DNA of 64,000 bases from Acholeplasmatales bacterium (lineage in GTDB: Bacteria; Bacillota_I; Bacilli_A; ML615J-28; CAG-313), in the NCBI GenBank assembly GCA_003539625.1, contig DPOU01000009.1, positions 45,143 through 109,142 on the forward strand, given 5' to 3'. Below the pieces are notes generated by a model. That model was not told the DNA's origin and did no database searches. It saw only the letters and a list, made by a program, of their open reading frames with translations. The position numbers were made by a program, and so were the translations under genes. Positions 1-11,148 of the stretch are shown here, piece after piece. Numbering within the stretch: position 1 is the first letter of the stretch; every line of letters starts with the position of its first letter.

Positions 1-13
1 GGGTGACTAGAAG

Positions 14-196
14 ATGCCAAAGACTATCGTAAGAGAAAACGATACATTAGATGAAGCTTTAAAGAGATTTAAACGAGATGTTTCAAGATCTGGAACCCTT
101 GTTGAAGCCCGTAAACGTCAACATTATATGAAACCTAGCGATGTTCGTAAAGAAAAAAGAAGAGCTGCTAGAAAGAATGGTAATCGTTCTCACTAA
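14..196 (+). CDS. rpsU: 30S ribosomal protein S21
   Basis: 60-aa basic protein MPKTIVREN...ALKRFKR...RKRQHY, typical of S21. A terminator hairpin follows. Confidence 0.9.
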   Translation: MPKTIVRENDTLDEALKRFKRDVSRSGTLVEARKRQHYMKPSDVRKEKRRAARKNGNRSH

Positions 197-206
197 TGTT
201 AAAATG

Positions 207-237
207 ACTATGGAACTTATGTTTCATAGTTTTTTTA
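207..237 (+). terminator. Rho-independent terminator after rpsU
   Basis: Stem actatggaac/gtttcatagt (one G-U pair), loop ttat, followed by T7. Confidence 0.6.
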
Positions 238-270
238 TACATAAATAAAGTAAGATTTTCATATAATTAA

Positions 271-516
271 ATGGTGATTTATGTGAAATTAACTTCGCAG
301 ATATTGAAGTATGAGAAAATTTCAATTTTCAAAAATGATTTAGGAATAGCATATAAACTAAATATCTATAAATATGATAGCGTTAATAAACTAACTAGTG
401 AATTAATTGAAATTGACAATTTAACAATCACAGGAAATTGTCTTACTTTAGTGAGGATAGAAAATGAAGAAATTGAAATTAAGGGAAAAATTATCAAAAT
501 CGAATTTAACTATTAA
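271..516 (+). CDS. YabP/YqfC-family sporulation-like protein
   Basis: 81 aa. The C-terminal pattern LTITGNCLTLVRIENEEIEIKGKIIKIEF resembles YqfC/YabP. It sits between rpsU and a YqfD-like gene as in Bacillus. The start is uncertain (in-frame GTG at 283). Confidence 0.45.
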   Translation: MVIYVKLTSQILKYEKISIFKNDLGIAYKLNIYKYDSVNKLTSELIEIDNLTITGNCLTLVRIENEEIEIKGKIIKIEFNY

Positions 517-1630
517 AAAAAGATACCATTATGAAGTAATATCAAATAAAGAAATACTTAATAAAATAAAACCTATTGTTGCTTATAATATAAAGAATAT
601 TGATAATGATAACATAAGTTTTAATTGTAATAAAAAGACATTAAATGAAATATTAAAGTTAGAAAAAGACGTTAAAGTTACTAATCTATATAGGAATTTT
701 TTGTATAATAAAATTTTTAAAAAAGCCTTTTTTTGGGTAGGTTTATTTATTATTCTAATTATTTTCTTGTTAAATCAAATATTTATTAGAACTATTATTT
801 TCGATAAGAATAGTTATGTTGATATGGATGTTTATGACTTTGTAATGGAAAGGACAAATAAAGTTGGCCCATATTACCGATTAAAATATTCGATAAATGA
901 TTTATCGCAAGATTTAAGAACAAAATTCATGTATTATGCTTACGTGGGATTACAAAAGAAAGGCGCGAAATTGTACATTGAAATTATTAAACAAGACTTA
1001 AAAGAAAAAGAAGATGATAATGCTTTAAAGTATGGCCAAGTAATTTCAAAGTATAATGGTAGAATAGATTATATCGAATGTACTTCGGGTAATGTATTAG
1101 TTAAACCTAATGAAATTATAAAAAAAGGTGATCTTTTAATAACCAGTAACATTAATTTGGATAATCTCTACAGTAAAGAAAAACTAGTTCCGATAAAAGG
1201 AATAGTAATTGGCACTATTACTGAATATCGGACTATTAAAATTCCTAAAAATGAAATAATCGAAATCTATTCAGGTGAATTTGAGTCAAAAACATATTTT
1301 GAATTATTTAAAAATAAAGTTTTAAATCCCGTATCACCTTATGAAAAAAGCTTTACCAAAGAATATTTGGCATTTCAATTCACACCTTTTTTGAAAGTAT
1401 ACAAGCGATATTTTTACGAAAAAAACGAAAAAGTGGTTAGTCACACTAAAGATGAAGCTCAAAATATTGCTTTGAAAAAAATATATTATGATTTTATTAA
1501 AAATAAAACTAGTGAAAGGGAAATGATATGTTCAATGGTTCTATTAAAATATGTTGAAGGACCTAGTGATTTTTTACTTACTTATGCCATCACTTGTAAA
1601 ATAAATATGGGAGAATTTGCCAGTTTCTGA
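464..1630 (+). CDS. YqfD-like (stage IV sporulation) membrane protein
   Basis: 388 aa with one TM segment (FFWVGLFIILIIFLLNQIF) about 90 aa in. It overlaps the end of the YqfC-like gene, giving the yqfC-yqfD arrangement. SD gagga lies upstream. Confidence 0.45.
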   Translation: MKKLKLREKLSKSNLTIKKRYHYEVISNKEILNKIKPIVAYNIKNIDNDNISFNCNKKTLNEILKLEKDVKVTNLYRNFLYNKIFKKAFFWVGLFIILIIFLLNQIFIRTIIFDKNSYVDMDVYDFVMERTNKVGPYYRLKYSINDLSQDLRTKFMYYAYVGLQKKGAKLYIEIIKQDLKEKEDDNALKYGQVISKYNGRIDYIECTSGNVLVKPNEIIKKGDLLITSNINLDNLYSKEKLVPIKGIVIGTITEYRTIKIPKNEIIEIYSGEFESKTYFELFKNKVLNPVSPYEKSFTKEYLAFQFTPFLKVYKRYFYEKNEKVVSHTKDEAQNIALKKIYYDFIKNKTSEREMICSMVLLKYVEGPSDFLLTYAITCKINMGEFASF

Positions 1631-1669
1631 TACTATTGTGAGAATAATTTCTCATAATAGTATTTTTTT
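1631..1669 (+). terminator. Rho-independent terminator
   Basis: Stem tactattgtgag/ctcataatagta followed by T7. Confidence 0.65.
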
Positions 1670-1713
1670 CATGATTTTGTTATGAAAATATGTAAAATTG
1701 CTTTCAAATTTTG

Positions 1714-1742
1714 TTGACATTTTCCTAAAAAATCGGTATAAT
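1714..1742 (+). promoter_or_regulatory. Sigma-A type promoter for glyQS
   Basis: TTGACA, 17 nt spacer, TATAAT. Confidence 0.6.
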
Positions 1743-1798
1743 ATATAAGTAAAATGGGTAAAAATGCAATTATGATTTGCCCTAAAAAGAAAGGTATC

Positions 1799-3172
1799 AT
1801 GTTTATGGAAATGACAATGGAAAAATTTGTAGCATATCTTAAACAACTTGGTTTTGTATATCAAGGTAGTGAGATATATGGTGGTCTAGCCAACGCATGG
1901 GATTTTGGACCATTGGGAGTAGAATTAAAAAACAATTTGAAGAAATTATGGTGGAAAGCATTCGTACAAACATCACCTAACAATGTGGGAATCGATTCAG
2001 CAATCTTAATGAACCCAGAAACTTGGGTAGCAACAGGACATGTAGGTGGATTTAGTGATCCGCTTATTGATTGTAAACATTGCCATACTCGTCACAGAGC
2101 AGATAAATTAATTGAAGATTTCACACACGGTAAAGAAACTGGTGATGGCTGGGATAATGATAAATTATACAAATATGTTGTAGATAATAAAATTCCTTGT
2201 CCTAACTGTGGAAGTTCAGATTTTACAGAAATTAGAAAATTTAATTTAATGTATCAAACTCATCAAGGCGTTGTTGAGGATGCTAAGACAGTAGTATATT
2301 TAAGACCTGAAACAGCTCAAGGTATCTTTGTTAATTTTAAAAACATTCAAAGAACAACTAGAAAAAAAGTACCATTTGGGGTTGGTCAAATTGGTAAAAG
2401 TTTTAGAAATGAAATAACTCCAGGGAACTTTATTTTTAGAATTCGTGAATTTGAACAAATGGAAATGGAATTTTTCTGTAAACCAGGTACAGATTTAGAA
2501 TGGTTTAAATATTGGAAACAATTCTGTTTAGATTTTTTAAAAAATATTGGAATAAAAGAAGAATTAGTTAGATATCGTGATCATAAACCCGAAGAATTAT
2601 GTTTCTATTCAAAAGCAACAACCGATATCGAATTTAAATATTTCTTTGGTTGGGGCGAGTTATGGGGTATTGCCGATAGAACTGACTATGACTTAAAAGT
2701 TCACCAAGAACATTCAGGTGAAAATTTAATGTACTTAGATCCCGAAACTAATGAAAAATACTTACCATACGTAGTTGAACCAAGTCTTGGGGTTGAACGT
2801 TTATTATTAGCCGTAGTTACTAGTGCATATGAAGAACAAACTTTACCTGATGGAGAAACTCGTGAAGTATTGCATTTTGATCCACGTGTTGCGCCAATAA
2901 AGGTTGCGGTATTACCACTAGTTAACAAACTTAATGACAAAGCAAGCGAAGTTTATCGTGATTTATCACAACACTTTATGTGTGAATTTGATACAAGTGG
3001 TAAAATTGGTAAGAGATATCGTCGCCAAGATTCAATAGGTACACCATACTGTGTAACTGTTGATTTCGACACTTTAGAAGATAATACTGTTACTGTTCGT
3101 GATCGTGATACTATGGAACAAGTAAGAGTAAAAATTGAAGATTTAAACAAATATTTTAGTGAAAAATTTTAA
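1799..3172 (+). CDS. glyQS: Glycine--tRNA ligase (class II, GlyQS type)
   Basis: [24 protein letters not shown] and [25 protein letters not shown] motifs. The start is ambiguous (ATGs at 1799/1805/1811/1817). The track start at 1754 falls at the predicted TSS. Confidence 0.9.
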   Translation: MFMEMTMEKFVAYLKQLGFVYQGSEIYGGLANAWDFGPLGVELKNNLKKLWWKAFVQTSPNNVGIDSAILMNPETWVATGHVGGFSDPLIDCKHCHTRHRADKLIEDFTHGKETGDGWDNDKLYKYVVDNKIPCPNCGSSDFTEIRKFNLMYQTHQGVVEDAKTVVYLRPETAQGIFVNFKNIQRTTRKKVPFGVGQIGKSFRNEITPGNFIFRIREFEQMEMEFFCKPGTDLEWFKYWKQFCLDFLKNIGIKEELVRYRDHKPEELCFYSKATTDIEFKYFFGWGELWGIADRTDYDLKVHQEHSGENLMYLDPETNEKYLPYVVEPSLGVERLLLAVVTSAYEEQTLPDGETREVLHFDPRVAPIKVAVLPLVNKLNDKASEVYRDLSQHFMCEFDTSGKIGKRYRRQDSIGTPYCVTVDFDTLEDNTVTVRDRDTMEQVRVKIEDLNKYFSEKF

Positions 3173-3188
3173 ATAAAGGAGGTTTGTA

Positions 3189-5000
3189 ATGATTTCGTGG
3201 CAAGTTAAGCAACAAATAATTGATCAGACGAACATTGTCGAAGTTGTCGGCGAAGTCGTACAACTTTCAAAAAAAGGTAGCAGTTACTTTGGATTATGTC
3301 CATTTCATAATGATCGCCACCCCTCAATGAGTGTCAATCAAGAAAAAAAGATGTTTAATTGCTTTAGTTGTAACACTAAAGGTAATGTAATATATTTTTG
3401 GTCACGCTTTAATCATATTTCTGAAGACCAAGCAACAATTCAACTTGCCAAAAGAATTGGCATAGAAATATCAGAAAGTGTTAACAAAGAAGCAATCAAA
3501 AATGAACGTTTGTATAAAGTAATGAATGAAGCATCTAACTTTTATCAGTTTTACTTAAATAATTCTGAAGAAGGTCTAGTTGCATTAGATTACTTAAAAG
3601 CTAGAGGCATTGATGAAAAAATTCGTAACGAATTAAAAATTGGTCTTGCTAGTAGCGAACGTGATTATCTTAATAAAGCATTAAATCAAAAAAACTGTTC
3701 TGAACTAGATCAAATCGAAGTCGGATTAGTAAAACTTGATGATAAAAACAATACCTATGATACTTTTAGAGAACGTATAATGTTTCCTATCACTAATCCT
3801 TCAGGACAAATTGTTGGATTCAGTGGTAGAATCTACACTAAAAGTGACCAAGCAAAGTATATAAATTCTGTTGATAATGCTATTTTCCATAAAGGGCAAA
3901 TACTATATCACTTTCATGAAGCATTAGATGCTATCAAAAAGAATGATAAAATCTTTTTGTTAGAAGGCTTTATGGATGTTATAGCTTGTATGAAAGCGGG
4001 TATAAACTATGGAGTTGCCACTATGGGAACAGCCCTAACAAGTGAGCATATCAAATTAATACTTAGTGCCACTAAAAACATCGTTTTATTCTTTGATGGT
4101 GACGGAGCTGGTATTAATGCAATGAAGAAATCTTGTGGTATATTAGCTGGATATGGTATCTTACCTAAAGCAATTGTACTACCAAATAATCTTGACCCTG
4201 ATGAATATGTAAAAAATTTTGGAGTTGAAAAATTCTTAAAATATATTACTGAAAATGAAAAGAGTGCTTATCAGTGGTTATATGATTTAGCTTTAAAAAA
4301 TTATATTAAAGGGGACTTAGAAAGTACCGAAAAGTTTAAAAAAGAAGTTTTTAACTTTATCAGAATATCAAAACAAAATACGATAATTGAACATTTTATT
4401 AGAAAACTTTCTACTGATACTGATATTTCTTATGATATATTAGTAAAAGACTTTGGTAAATCAATTTATACAACTCCTTCAATTGAAGAAAGTTTTGAAA
4501 TTGAACAAAAGAAGATAAAAAAGCCAGTAAGAAATAATAAAATTAAACCAAAAGTAGTAAGAGCATATCAAATTATCTTAAGACATATGATTGAATCAAA
4601 AGAACAGTTTTTGATTTTCAATGATAAATTTTCAGATACTTTCTATTTAGATAATAGCTTGATAATTTATTTTGAATTTATCAAGAAAATGGCTTTATTT
4701 TACGTAGATCAAGAAGTTATGGATCATGATGACTTTTTAGAAATTGCTAAAAAATTAGATGAAGCAAATGGTGTGACTAAATATACTGATTTAGCAAAAA
4801 CTATCTTTGAGGATAGTCTAGTAAATCCTAAAGATTTAGTGGAATTTGAACAATGCATGAAAACAATTATGGAATGTCAAACTGATTTATCAAGAATTAG
4901 ATTGTATAACAAAGCCTTAGAAACTAATGACATAGATGACATTAGAAATTTTGAAAATGTTCGTAAAGATCATGTTAAAATATTGCCCCGGGAGGAATAA
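3189..5000 (+). CDS. dnaG: DNA primase
   Basis: Zinc-ribbon CPFHNDRHPSMSV...FNCFSC and TOPRIM EGFMDVIA...DGDGAG. Lies upstream of sigA. Confidence 0.9.
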   Translation: MISWQVKQQIIDQTNIVEVVGEVVQLSKKGSSYFGLCPFHNDRHPSMSVNQEKKMFNCFSCNTKGNVIYFWSRFNHISEDQATIQLAKRIGIEISESVNKEAIKNERLYKVMNEASNFYQFYLNNSEEGLVALDYLKARGIDEKIRNELKIGLASSERDYLNKALNQKNCSELDQIEVGLVKLDDKNNTYDTFRERIMFPITNPSGQIVGFSGRIYTKSDQAKYINSVDNAIFHKGQILYHFHEALDAIKKNDKIFLLEGFMDVIACMKAGINYGVATMGTALTSEHIKLILSATKNIVLFFDGDGAGINAMKKSCGILAGYGILPKAIVLPNNLDPDEYVKNFGVEKFLKYITENEKSAYQWLYDLALKNYIKGDLESTEKFKKEVFNFIRISKQNTIIEHFIRKLSTDTDISYDILVKDFGKSIYTTPSIEESFEIEQKKIKKPVRNNKIKPKVVRAYQIILRHMIESKEQFLIFNDKFSDTFYLDNSLIIYFEFIKKMALFYVDQEVMDHDDFLEIAKKLDEANGVTKYTDLAKTIFEDSLVNPKDLVEFEQCMKTIMECQTDLSRIRLYNKALETNDIDDIRNFENVRKDHVKILPREE

Positions 5001-6269
5001 ATGTTAGACGAAATTTTATATAAAGAACAATTGGATCAAGTAAAAGAATACGTCAAGAAAAATCAATATATTTCGCTTACAAAAATTACTGAAATATTTG
5101 GTAGTGATACAAATGATGAACTTTTAGATGATATCGTTGAATACCTTGATAATGCGGGAGTTGAAATCACTCGTGACAGTGAAGAAGTACCTAGCGAAGA
5201 AGAACTAATGACTGAAATTGTTGATGACGATTTCGAGGCTTTCGTTGAGGACTTAGAAACTGATGATGAGTTAGATGAGCTTGCTACAGCGGTTGATAGC
5301 GAAATAAAAGTATCAGATTTTGAAGATATTGTTTCATCGGGCTATTCAGCTGATGACCCTGTAAAAATGTACTTACATGATATTGGCCAAATTGACTTAT
5401 TAACAATTACTCAAGAATCAGAATTTGCGAGAATGTATCAAGAGTCTTTAATGTGCCAAGAGAAAATCAATTCTTATAAAAAACAAGGTAAACAAATACC
5501 TGAAGAAGAAATGAAAGAGTTACAAAAGAAGATTGAGGATGGAGAAGAAGCTCGTAAGATTTTAATTGAATCTAATTTAAGATTAGTTGTTTCCATTGCT
5601 AAAAGATATTTAGGACGTGGTTTACTATTACTTGATTTAATTCAAGAAGGTAATATGGGGTTAATGAAAGCAGTTAATAAATTTGACCCAACTAAAGGCT
5701 TTAAATTCTCAACATATGCAACTTGGTGGATTAGACAAGCAATTACTAGAGCTATCGCCGATAATGCACGTACTATCCGTATTCCTGTTCATATGGTTGA
5801 AACAATCAACAAACTTGTTCGTACAACAAGAAGATTAACTCAAGAAAAAAGACGTGAACCTACGCCTGAAGAAATTGCGGCAGAAATGAAGATATCTGTT
5901 GAAAAAGTTCAAACTATTCAACGTATAGCTCAAGAGCCTATTTCTTTTGATGCGACAGTTGGTGAAGATGACGATTCAAGCTTAGGAGATTTCATTGACG
6001 ATAAAGATACATTAAATCCACTTGAATATACCGAAAATATGATTTATCGTGAAGAAATTGAAAAAGTGTTACAAACTCTAACACCACGTGAAGAAAAAGT
6101 AATTAGACTGCGTTATGGCTTAGATGATAATAGACCAAGAACCCTTGAAGAAGTTGGTAAAGAATTTGGTGTTACTCGTGAAAGAATTCGTCAAATTGAA
6201 GCAAAGGCTATTAGAAGATTACGTCATCCAAGTAGATTAAAACGTCTTGAACAACATCGTATTAAATAA
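5001..6269 (+). CDS. sigA: RNA polymerase primary sigma factor
   Basis: Acidic N-terminus, region 2 [17 protein letters not shown], region 4 [20 protein letters not shown]. Confidence 0.9.
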   Translation: MLDEILYKEQLDQVKEYVKKNQYISLTKITEIFGSDTNDELLDDIVEYLDNAGVEITRDSEEVPSEEELMTEIVDDDFEAFVEDLETDDELDELATAVDSEIKVSDFEDIVSSGYSADDPVKMYLHDIGQIDLLTITQESEFARMYQESLMCQEKINSYKKQGKQIPEEEMKELQKKIEDGEEARKILIESNLRLVVSIAKRYLGRGLLLLDLIQEGNMGLMKAVNKFDPTKGFKFSTYATWWIRQAITRAIADNARTIRIPVHMVETINKLVRTTRRLTQEKRREPTPEEIAAEMKISVEKVQTIQRIAQEPISFDATVGEDDDSSLGDFIDDKDTLNPLEYTENMIYREEIEKVLQTLTPREEKVIRLRYGLDDNRPRTLEEVGKEFGVTRERIRQIEAKAIRRLRHPSRLKRLEQHRIK

Positions 6270-6275
6270 GAATAA

Positions 6276-6304
6276 AAACACAAATGCAAAGCATTTGTGT
6301 TTTA
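6276..6304 (+). terminator. Terminator after sigA
   Basis: Stem aacacaaatgc/gcatttgtgtt with loop aaa. The T-run is short. Confidence 0.55.
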
Positions 6305-6317
6305 ACAAAGAGGTTAT

Positions 6318-6986
6318 ATGCTATCAAAAAGATTAAACAAAGTATTGACCTACATTAATAACACTGATAAATTAGTAGATGTAGGATGTGATCATGGTTA
6401 TTTAGCCATTGAAGCGATTAATAAAGGAGTAAAACTAGTACAATTAGTTGATAATAAAACCATGCCCCTTGATTGTGCAAAACATAATCTTGAAAAACTA
6501 AATAGATTACAAGATGTAGAAGTAATCTTTACGCTTGCCAGTGGTTTGACGAAGATTGATGATAGAATCAATGTTGCAACCATTTGTGGAATGGGTGGCG
6601 ATTTAATTGCCCAAATAATTGAAGAATCTTTTGAAAAGGCAAAAGCACTAGATTCCTTAATATTACAAGCTAATACAAAAGTTGAACATTTAAGACTATA
6701 TTTAATAAATAAAGGATTTACGATAATTGATGAGTCATTTATTAAAGATAAAAATAAATATTATCCGATAATTGTGGCTAAATACAGTGGGGCAGTCTCA
6801 AAATTAACAAGTACACAAATTAAGTATGGTCCAATTATATTAATTAAAAAAGAAGACGATTTTATTGATTATCTTAACGACAGACTTGTTCACTTAAATA
6901 ATATTTGTAAAAATAATCAAAAATTACTTAATGAAATAAAAGAAATCGAGGAAATAATGAAAGATGAAACTTGCGGAAATAATTAA
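6318..6986 (+). CDS. trmK: tRNA (adenine22-N1)-methyltransferase TrmK family
   Basis: VDVGCDHGYLAIEAI SAM-binding motif. Lies after sigA like Bacillus yqfN. Confidence 0.8.
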   Translation: MLSKRLNKVLTYINNTDKLVDVGCDHGYLAIEAINKGVKLVQLVDNKTMPLDCAKHNLEKLNRLQDVEVIFTLASGLTKIDDRINVATICGMGGDLIAQIIEESFEKAKALDSLILQANTKVEHLRLYLINKGFTIIDESFIKDKNKYYPIIVAKYSGAVSKLTSTQIKYGPIILIKKEDDFIDYLNDRLVHLNNICKNNQKLLNEIKEIEEIMKDETCGNN

Positions 6987-7752
6987 AATATTACAAGAGA
7001 AATATTCACCCGAACTTGCAAGCAGCTTTGATATTGGAAAAATAGGTTTACAATTTGGAACTGCTAATGCGGAAGTAAAAAAAATTATGGTTGCCCTAGA
7101 TGGCACTAGCGCTGTTGTCGATGAGGCAATTGAAAATCATGTTGATTTATTATTAACTCACCATCCATTTATGTTTAATCCAATGCTATCATTAAATTAT
7201 GATAGTCCATTTGGAGTAAAAATGTTAAAAGTATTTAAAAATAAGTTAAACATCTACGCGATGCATACAAATTTTGATACCGCAGTAGATGGTATGAATG
7301 ATATGCTTGCTAGAAAATTAAATTTGGCAAATATTCATGCCCAAAAAGAAGAAATAGATGGCAGTTGCTTCTTAAGAATTGGAGATACTACTCCTATGGA
7401 TTTAGAAAAATATGTTCAAATAGTGTTAGAAAAACTAAATGAACCCGGCGCAAGAGTAGTTGGTAATCCTTCTAAAAAAATAAAAAAAGTCGGCATCGTT
7501 GGTGGTGCTGGTGCCAGTGAACTAATGCTTGCTAAAAATTTAGGATGCGATTGCTTGATAACAGGTGAAATTAGACATAATAATGCAATTGATGCAATTG
7601 AAAATAATTTTGCCATTATTGAGGTAAGCCACAGTATTGAAGCATTATTTAAAGAATACATAAAAAAAGAATTAGAACAAATCTTAGATGGTGTAGAAAT
7701 AGTTACATCAAAAGTAGAAAAAGATCCATTTAGATGGATCAGTAAAAAATAA
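6964..7752 (+). CDS. Nif3-like dinuclear metal centre protein
   Basis: LLLTHHPFMF and YAMHTNFD motifs. Synteny matches yqfO. Confidence 0.8.
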   Translation: MKLAEIIKILQEKYSPELASSFDIGKIGLQFGTANAEVKKIMVALDGTSAVVDEAIENHVDLLLTHHPFMFNPMLSLNYDSPFGVKMLKVFKNKLNIYAMHTNFDTAVDGMNDMLARKLNLANIHAQKEEIDGSCFLRIGDTTPMDLEKYVQIVLEKLNEPGARVVGNPSKKIKKVGIVGGAGASELMLAKNLGCDCLITGEIRHNNAIDAIENNFAIIEVSHSIEALFKEYIKKELEQILDGVEIVTSKVEKDPFRWISKK

Positions 7753-7775
7753 AAAAGCCCTTTGAGGCTTTTTTT
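7751..7775. terminator. Bidirectional terminator between nif3 and ferredoxin
   Basis: aaaaaagcc-ctttga-ggcttttttt, with an A-run and a T-run on either side. Confidence 0.55.
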
Positions 7776-7776
7776 A

Positions 7777-7944
7777 CTACTCTTCTACGATAGCGCTAAC
7801 AGGGCAGTTTTCTTCGCAAACGCCGCAATCAATACATTGATCAGCGTCGATTACATAGATGTCGCCTTCTGCTATGCATTCTACAGGGCAGTTTGCAGAA
7901 CAAGTTCCACAAGCAATACAAGCATCTGTAATTTTTCTTGGCAT
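7777..7944 (-). CDS. 2x[4Fe-4S] ferredoxin (55 aa)
   Basis: Hand translation of the minus strand gives MPRKITDACIACGTCSANCPVECIAEGDIYVIDADQCIDCGVCEENCPVSAIVEE*. It has two CxxCxxCxxxCP motifs. It is absent from the ORF track because it is under 60 aa. Confidence 0.85.
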   Translation of the reverse strand: MPRKITDACIACGTCSANCPVECIAEGDIYVIDADQCIDCGVCEENCPVSAIVEE

Positions 7945-8114
7945 ATGTTGTTCCTCCGTATTTTAGATTAAAGATAACTAGATTATAGTAAAAAAATAAA
8001 AAAAAGCAAGGAATGTGCTAATTATTTTACTTTTCTTAAGATGGCATTTAACTTGAAATGTTGACAAACATTTGGTATAATTCTAGTAGATTCGATAGAA
8101 AGGAGACTTAAACT

Positions 8115-8333
8115 ATGGTAAAATGGTTTTGGTTATTAATTGTTGGCGTTAGTTGTTTAATCGTTGGTTTTATTATTGGTTTCTTTGTAATTCGTTCAGT
8201 ATTTACTAAGCAACTTGAAAAAAATCCACCAATTAATCGTGATATGATTCGCGCAATGTTCATGCAAATGGGAAGAAAACCTTCTGAGAAAGATATTACA
8301 CGTGTAATGAATTCAATGAATCAGTATAAATAA
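8115..8333 (+). CDS. UPF0154/YneF-family small membrane protein
   Basis: 72 aa with an N-terminal TM segment then the conserved NPPINRDMIRAMFMQMGRKPSEK block. Confidence 0.7.
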   Translation: MVKWFWLLIVGVSCLIVGFIIGFFVIRSVFTKQLEKNPPINRDMIRAMFMQMGRKPSEKDITRVMNSMNQYK

Positions 8334-8337
8334 AAAC

Positions 8338-8364
8338 GTAGGCACTAGTTTGCCTACATTTTTT
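8338..8364. terminator. Terminator shared by the convergent yneF-like and plsY genes
   Basis: Stem gtaggca/tgcctac with loop ctagtt, T-run downstream. Confidence 0.6.
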
Positions 8365-8368
8365 ATAC

Positions 8369-8998
8369 TTATTTTTCCTTCTTAGAGAAGTCGATTTTAT
8401 TTTCTTCACCTTTTATTAATCTCATAATATTTGAGCGGTGCTTATAAACAATTAAAACAAACATCAGTGATATCATAACAAGAAGAGGAATATCTTTAAT
8501 ACCTAAAATAAAATAACTTACAATTAGCATAAGCGAAGCAAGCATTGAAGATATTGATACAATTTTTGTTATTAAAAAGACAATAATAAAAGTTAAAAAA
8601 GCGATAACTGATATTTGCCAACAATATAGAACCATTACCCCCGCAAAGCATGATATTCCTTTTCCACCCTTAAACTTTAAAAATACCGGAAAAAGGTGAC
8701 CAATTATGGCAAGTATACCATAAATTAGGGGATGAATCAAATAAGTTGGATAATCAGCAGGCCAATTTATTATATATTTAGTAATTATAATAGGAATAGC
8801 ACCTTTAGAAAAGTCTAAAATGAAAACTAAAATCCCAAGAGCTGGTCCTAATACTCTTAGAGCATTAGTTGCCCCAATATTGTGACTACCATAATTTCTA
8901 ATGTCAACGCCTTTTAATTTACCTATTAAAATACCAAAAGGAATTGAACCTAGTAAATATGAAAAAAACATTAAACATATAGGTAAAAATACTTTCAT
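8369..8998 (-). CDS. plsY: Glycerol-3-phosphate acyltransferase PlsY
   Basis: LLGSIPFG...GSHNIGATNALRVLG motif in a polytopic membrane protein. Adjacent to parE-parC as in other Bacillota. Confidence 0.85.
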   Translation of the reverse strand: MKVFLPICLMFFSYLLGSIPFGILIGKLKGVDIRNYGSHNIGATNALRVLGPALGILVFILDFSKGAIPIIITKYIINWPADYPTYLIHPLIYGILAIIGHLFPVFLKFKGGKGISCFAGVMVLYCWQISVIAFLTFIIVFLITKIVSISSMLASLMLIVSYFILGIKDIPLLVMISLMFVLIVYKHRSNIMRLIKGEENKIDFSKKEK

Positions 8999-9146
8999 GA
9001 CATGCCTCCTAGTTGATGCGTCTAATTATACTATTTTTTTCTTTTTTTTTCAAATAATAGTTCTTTTTTTTATTTATCGAATAATGTAAAATTTGGTCAA
9101 ATTGTTAATTTATCTATGATTTAGTTAGATTTTTTAACTATTTTTC

Positions 9147-9175
9147 TTGCAAAATATTTTTGGTTGTGTTATAAT
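9147..9175 (+). promoter_or_regulatory. Sigma-A type promoter for parE-parC
   Basis: TTGCAA, 17 nt spacer, TATAAT. Confidence 0.5.
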
Positions 9176-9207
9176 GAAAATAATGTTTGAAAAAAGGAGT
9201 GATGCAA

Positions 9208-11148
9208 ATGGCTAAACAAACAAATGTTTATAATGAAGATTCCATTCAGGTTTTACAAGGGCTAGAGGCAGTTAGAAAAAGACCTGGTATGTACATTGGA
9301 TCAACCGATGCAAGAGGATTACATCATTTAGTTTGGGAAATTGTTGATAATGCGATAGATGAAGCATTATCTGGCTATGGCTCACAAATAATCGTTAATA
9401 TCCATAAAGATAATAGTATAGAAGTTATCGATAATGGACGTGGTATTCCTACCGGTATTCACAAAGTAGAAAAACGTCCTACCCCAGAAGTAATTTTCAA
9501 CACTCTTCATGCCGGAGGTAAATTTGACGCAGAAGGGGGATATAAAGTATCAGGTGGTCTACACGGCGTTGGTTCAAGTGTTGTTAATGCTCTTAGTGAG
9601 TGGCTTACTGTAACAATTTATCGTGATGGTAAAATCTATAACCAAACTTACCGTAATGGTGGTAAAATTATAGAAAAACCACGTAATTTAGGTGATACCA
9701 AAAGAACTGGTTCAACTATTCATTTTAAACCAGATCCTAAGATTTTTTCATCAACAATCTTTGAATATAAGACTATTTCACAAAGACTTAAAGAATCGGC
9801 ATATTTAATAAAAGGTTTAAGAATTGATTTAAATGACTTAAGAACTGGTAAGTCAGAAAGTTTTCATTTCCAAAATGGTATTGTTGAATTTATCAAATCA
9901 CTTACGGTTGGAAAAGAAGCACTTTATGAACCAGTGTTCTTGAGTGGTAATATGTACAAGATTAATGTTGAAGCTGCCTTAGTATATTGTGAAAAAACTT
10001 ACAATGAAAATATTCTTTCATTTGTTAATAACATTCGTACACGTGATGGTGGAACTCATGAAGTAGGTTTTAAATCTGCAATTACTAGAGCCTTTAACGA
10101 TCATGCAAGGTTAATTGGTGCGTTGAAAGATAAAGATATAAATTTAGATGGTGCTGATATTAGAGAAGGTCTTACCGCTATAATTTCTATCCGTGTTCCT
10201 GAGGATTTACTACAATTTGAAGGGCAAACTAAAAATAAATTAGGAACTCCTGAAGCTAAACCGGCGGTTGAACAAGTAGTATATGATCAAATGAAGGCAT
10301 ATCTTGCGGAAAACGGACAAATTTCTGCTAACCTAATAAACAAAGCTATTAGAGCATCAAAAGCAAGAGAAGCAGCTAAAAAAGCTCGTGATGAAGTTAG
10401 AATGGTAAAACAAAAAACTTCAAAACCTGCTAACTTGTTAGGTAAACTTACTCCTGCTCAATATAAAAATCCAAGTAAGAATGAATTATTCCTAGTCGAA
10501 GGTGATTCAGCTGGTGGTACCGCTAAACAAGGTAGAGACCGTTCATTCCAAGCCGTTTTGCCACTTCGTGGTAAGGTTCTTAATACCGCAAAAACTAAAA
10601 TTGAAGAAGTATTAAAAAATGAAGAAATAATGTCAATAATTAATGCGGTTGGAGCTGGTTTTGGAGCAGACTTTGATTATACTAAATCTAACTATAATAA
10701 AGTTATTATTATGACCGATGCCGATACCGATGGTGCCCATATTCAAATACTACTTATGACTTTTTTCTATCGTTATATGAAAGGTCTTGTTGAAAATGGT
10801 ATGGTTTATATTGCCACACCGCCACTATATAAGATTACATACAAAAATGTAGTAGAATATGCTTGGTCTGATGAAGAACTTCGTGAAAAAATTCAAAAAA
10901 AGAATGCCCAAATTCAACGTTATAAAGGACTGGGTGAAATGAATGAAAGACAACTTTGGGAAACTACTATGGATCCTGCTAGAAGAAGTCTTATTCAAAT
11001 CAACATTGGCGAAGAAGGCGATGTTGAAAATAAAATTAATATTTTAATGGGTGATGATCCTGAACCAAGAAGAGAATGGATCGAAAATAATGTTGTATTT
11101 GATTCAGATGACAATTTTATATTAGAAGGAGATGATGAAGATGAATAA
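9208..11148 (+). CDS. parE: DNA topoisomerase IV subunit B
   Basis: GHKL ATPase and TOPRIM motifs ([31 protein letters not shown]). Called ParE rather than GyrB from the plsY-parE-parC context. Start set to the ATG 8 nt after SD aaggag. Confidence 0.8.
   Translation: MAKQTNVYNEDSIQVLQGLEAVRKRPGMYIGSTDARGLHHLVWEIVDNAIDEALSGYGSQIIVNIHKDNSIEVIDNGRGIPTGIHKVEKRPTPEVIFNTLHAGGKFDAEGGYKVSGGLHGVGSSVVNALSEWLTVTIYRDGKIYNQTYRNGGKIIEKPRNLGDTKRTGSTIHFKPDPKIFSSTIFEYKTISQRLKESAYLIKGLRIDLNDLRTGKSESFHFQNGIVEFIKSLTVGKEALYEPVFLSGNMYKINVEAALVYCEKTYNENILSFVNNIRTRDGGTHEVGFKSAITRAFNDHARLIGALKDKDINLDGADIREGLTAIISIRVPEDLLQFEGQTKNKLGTPEAKPAVEQVVYDQMKAYLAENGQISANLINKAIRASKAREAAKKARDEVRMVKQKTSKPANLLGKLTPAQYKNPSKNELFLVEGDSAGGTAKQGRDRSFQAVLPLRGKVLNTAKTKIEEVLKNEEIMSIINAVGAGFGADFDYTKSNYNKVIIMTDADTDGAHIQILLMTFFYRYMKGLVENGMVYIATPPLYKITYKNVVEYAWSDEELREKIQKKNAQIQRYKGLGEMNERQLWETTMDPARRSLIQINIGEEGDVENKINILMGDDPEPRREWIENNVVFDSDDNFILEGDDEDE

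Noticed and set aside
1743-1798. Possible T-box leaders upstream of glyQS (and proS at 26965..27044)
   Set aside because: The distance from promoter to start codon is only about 50-80 nt, far too short for a T-box. No specifier or antiterminator structure is visible.
7762-7971. 69-aa + strand ORF in the track
   Set aside because: It is the antisense shadow of the minus-strand ferredoxin gene. It has no SD, and its Cys/Ala-rich translation mirrors the ferredoxin codons.
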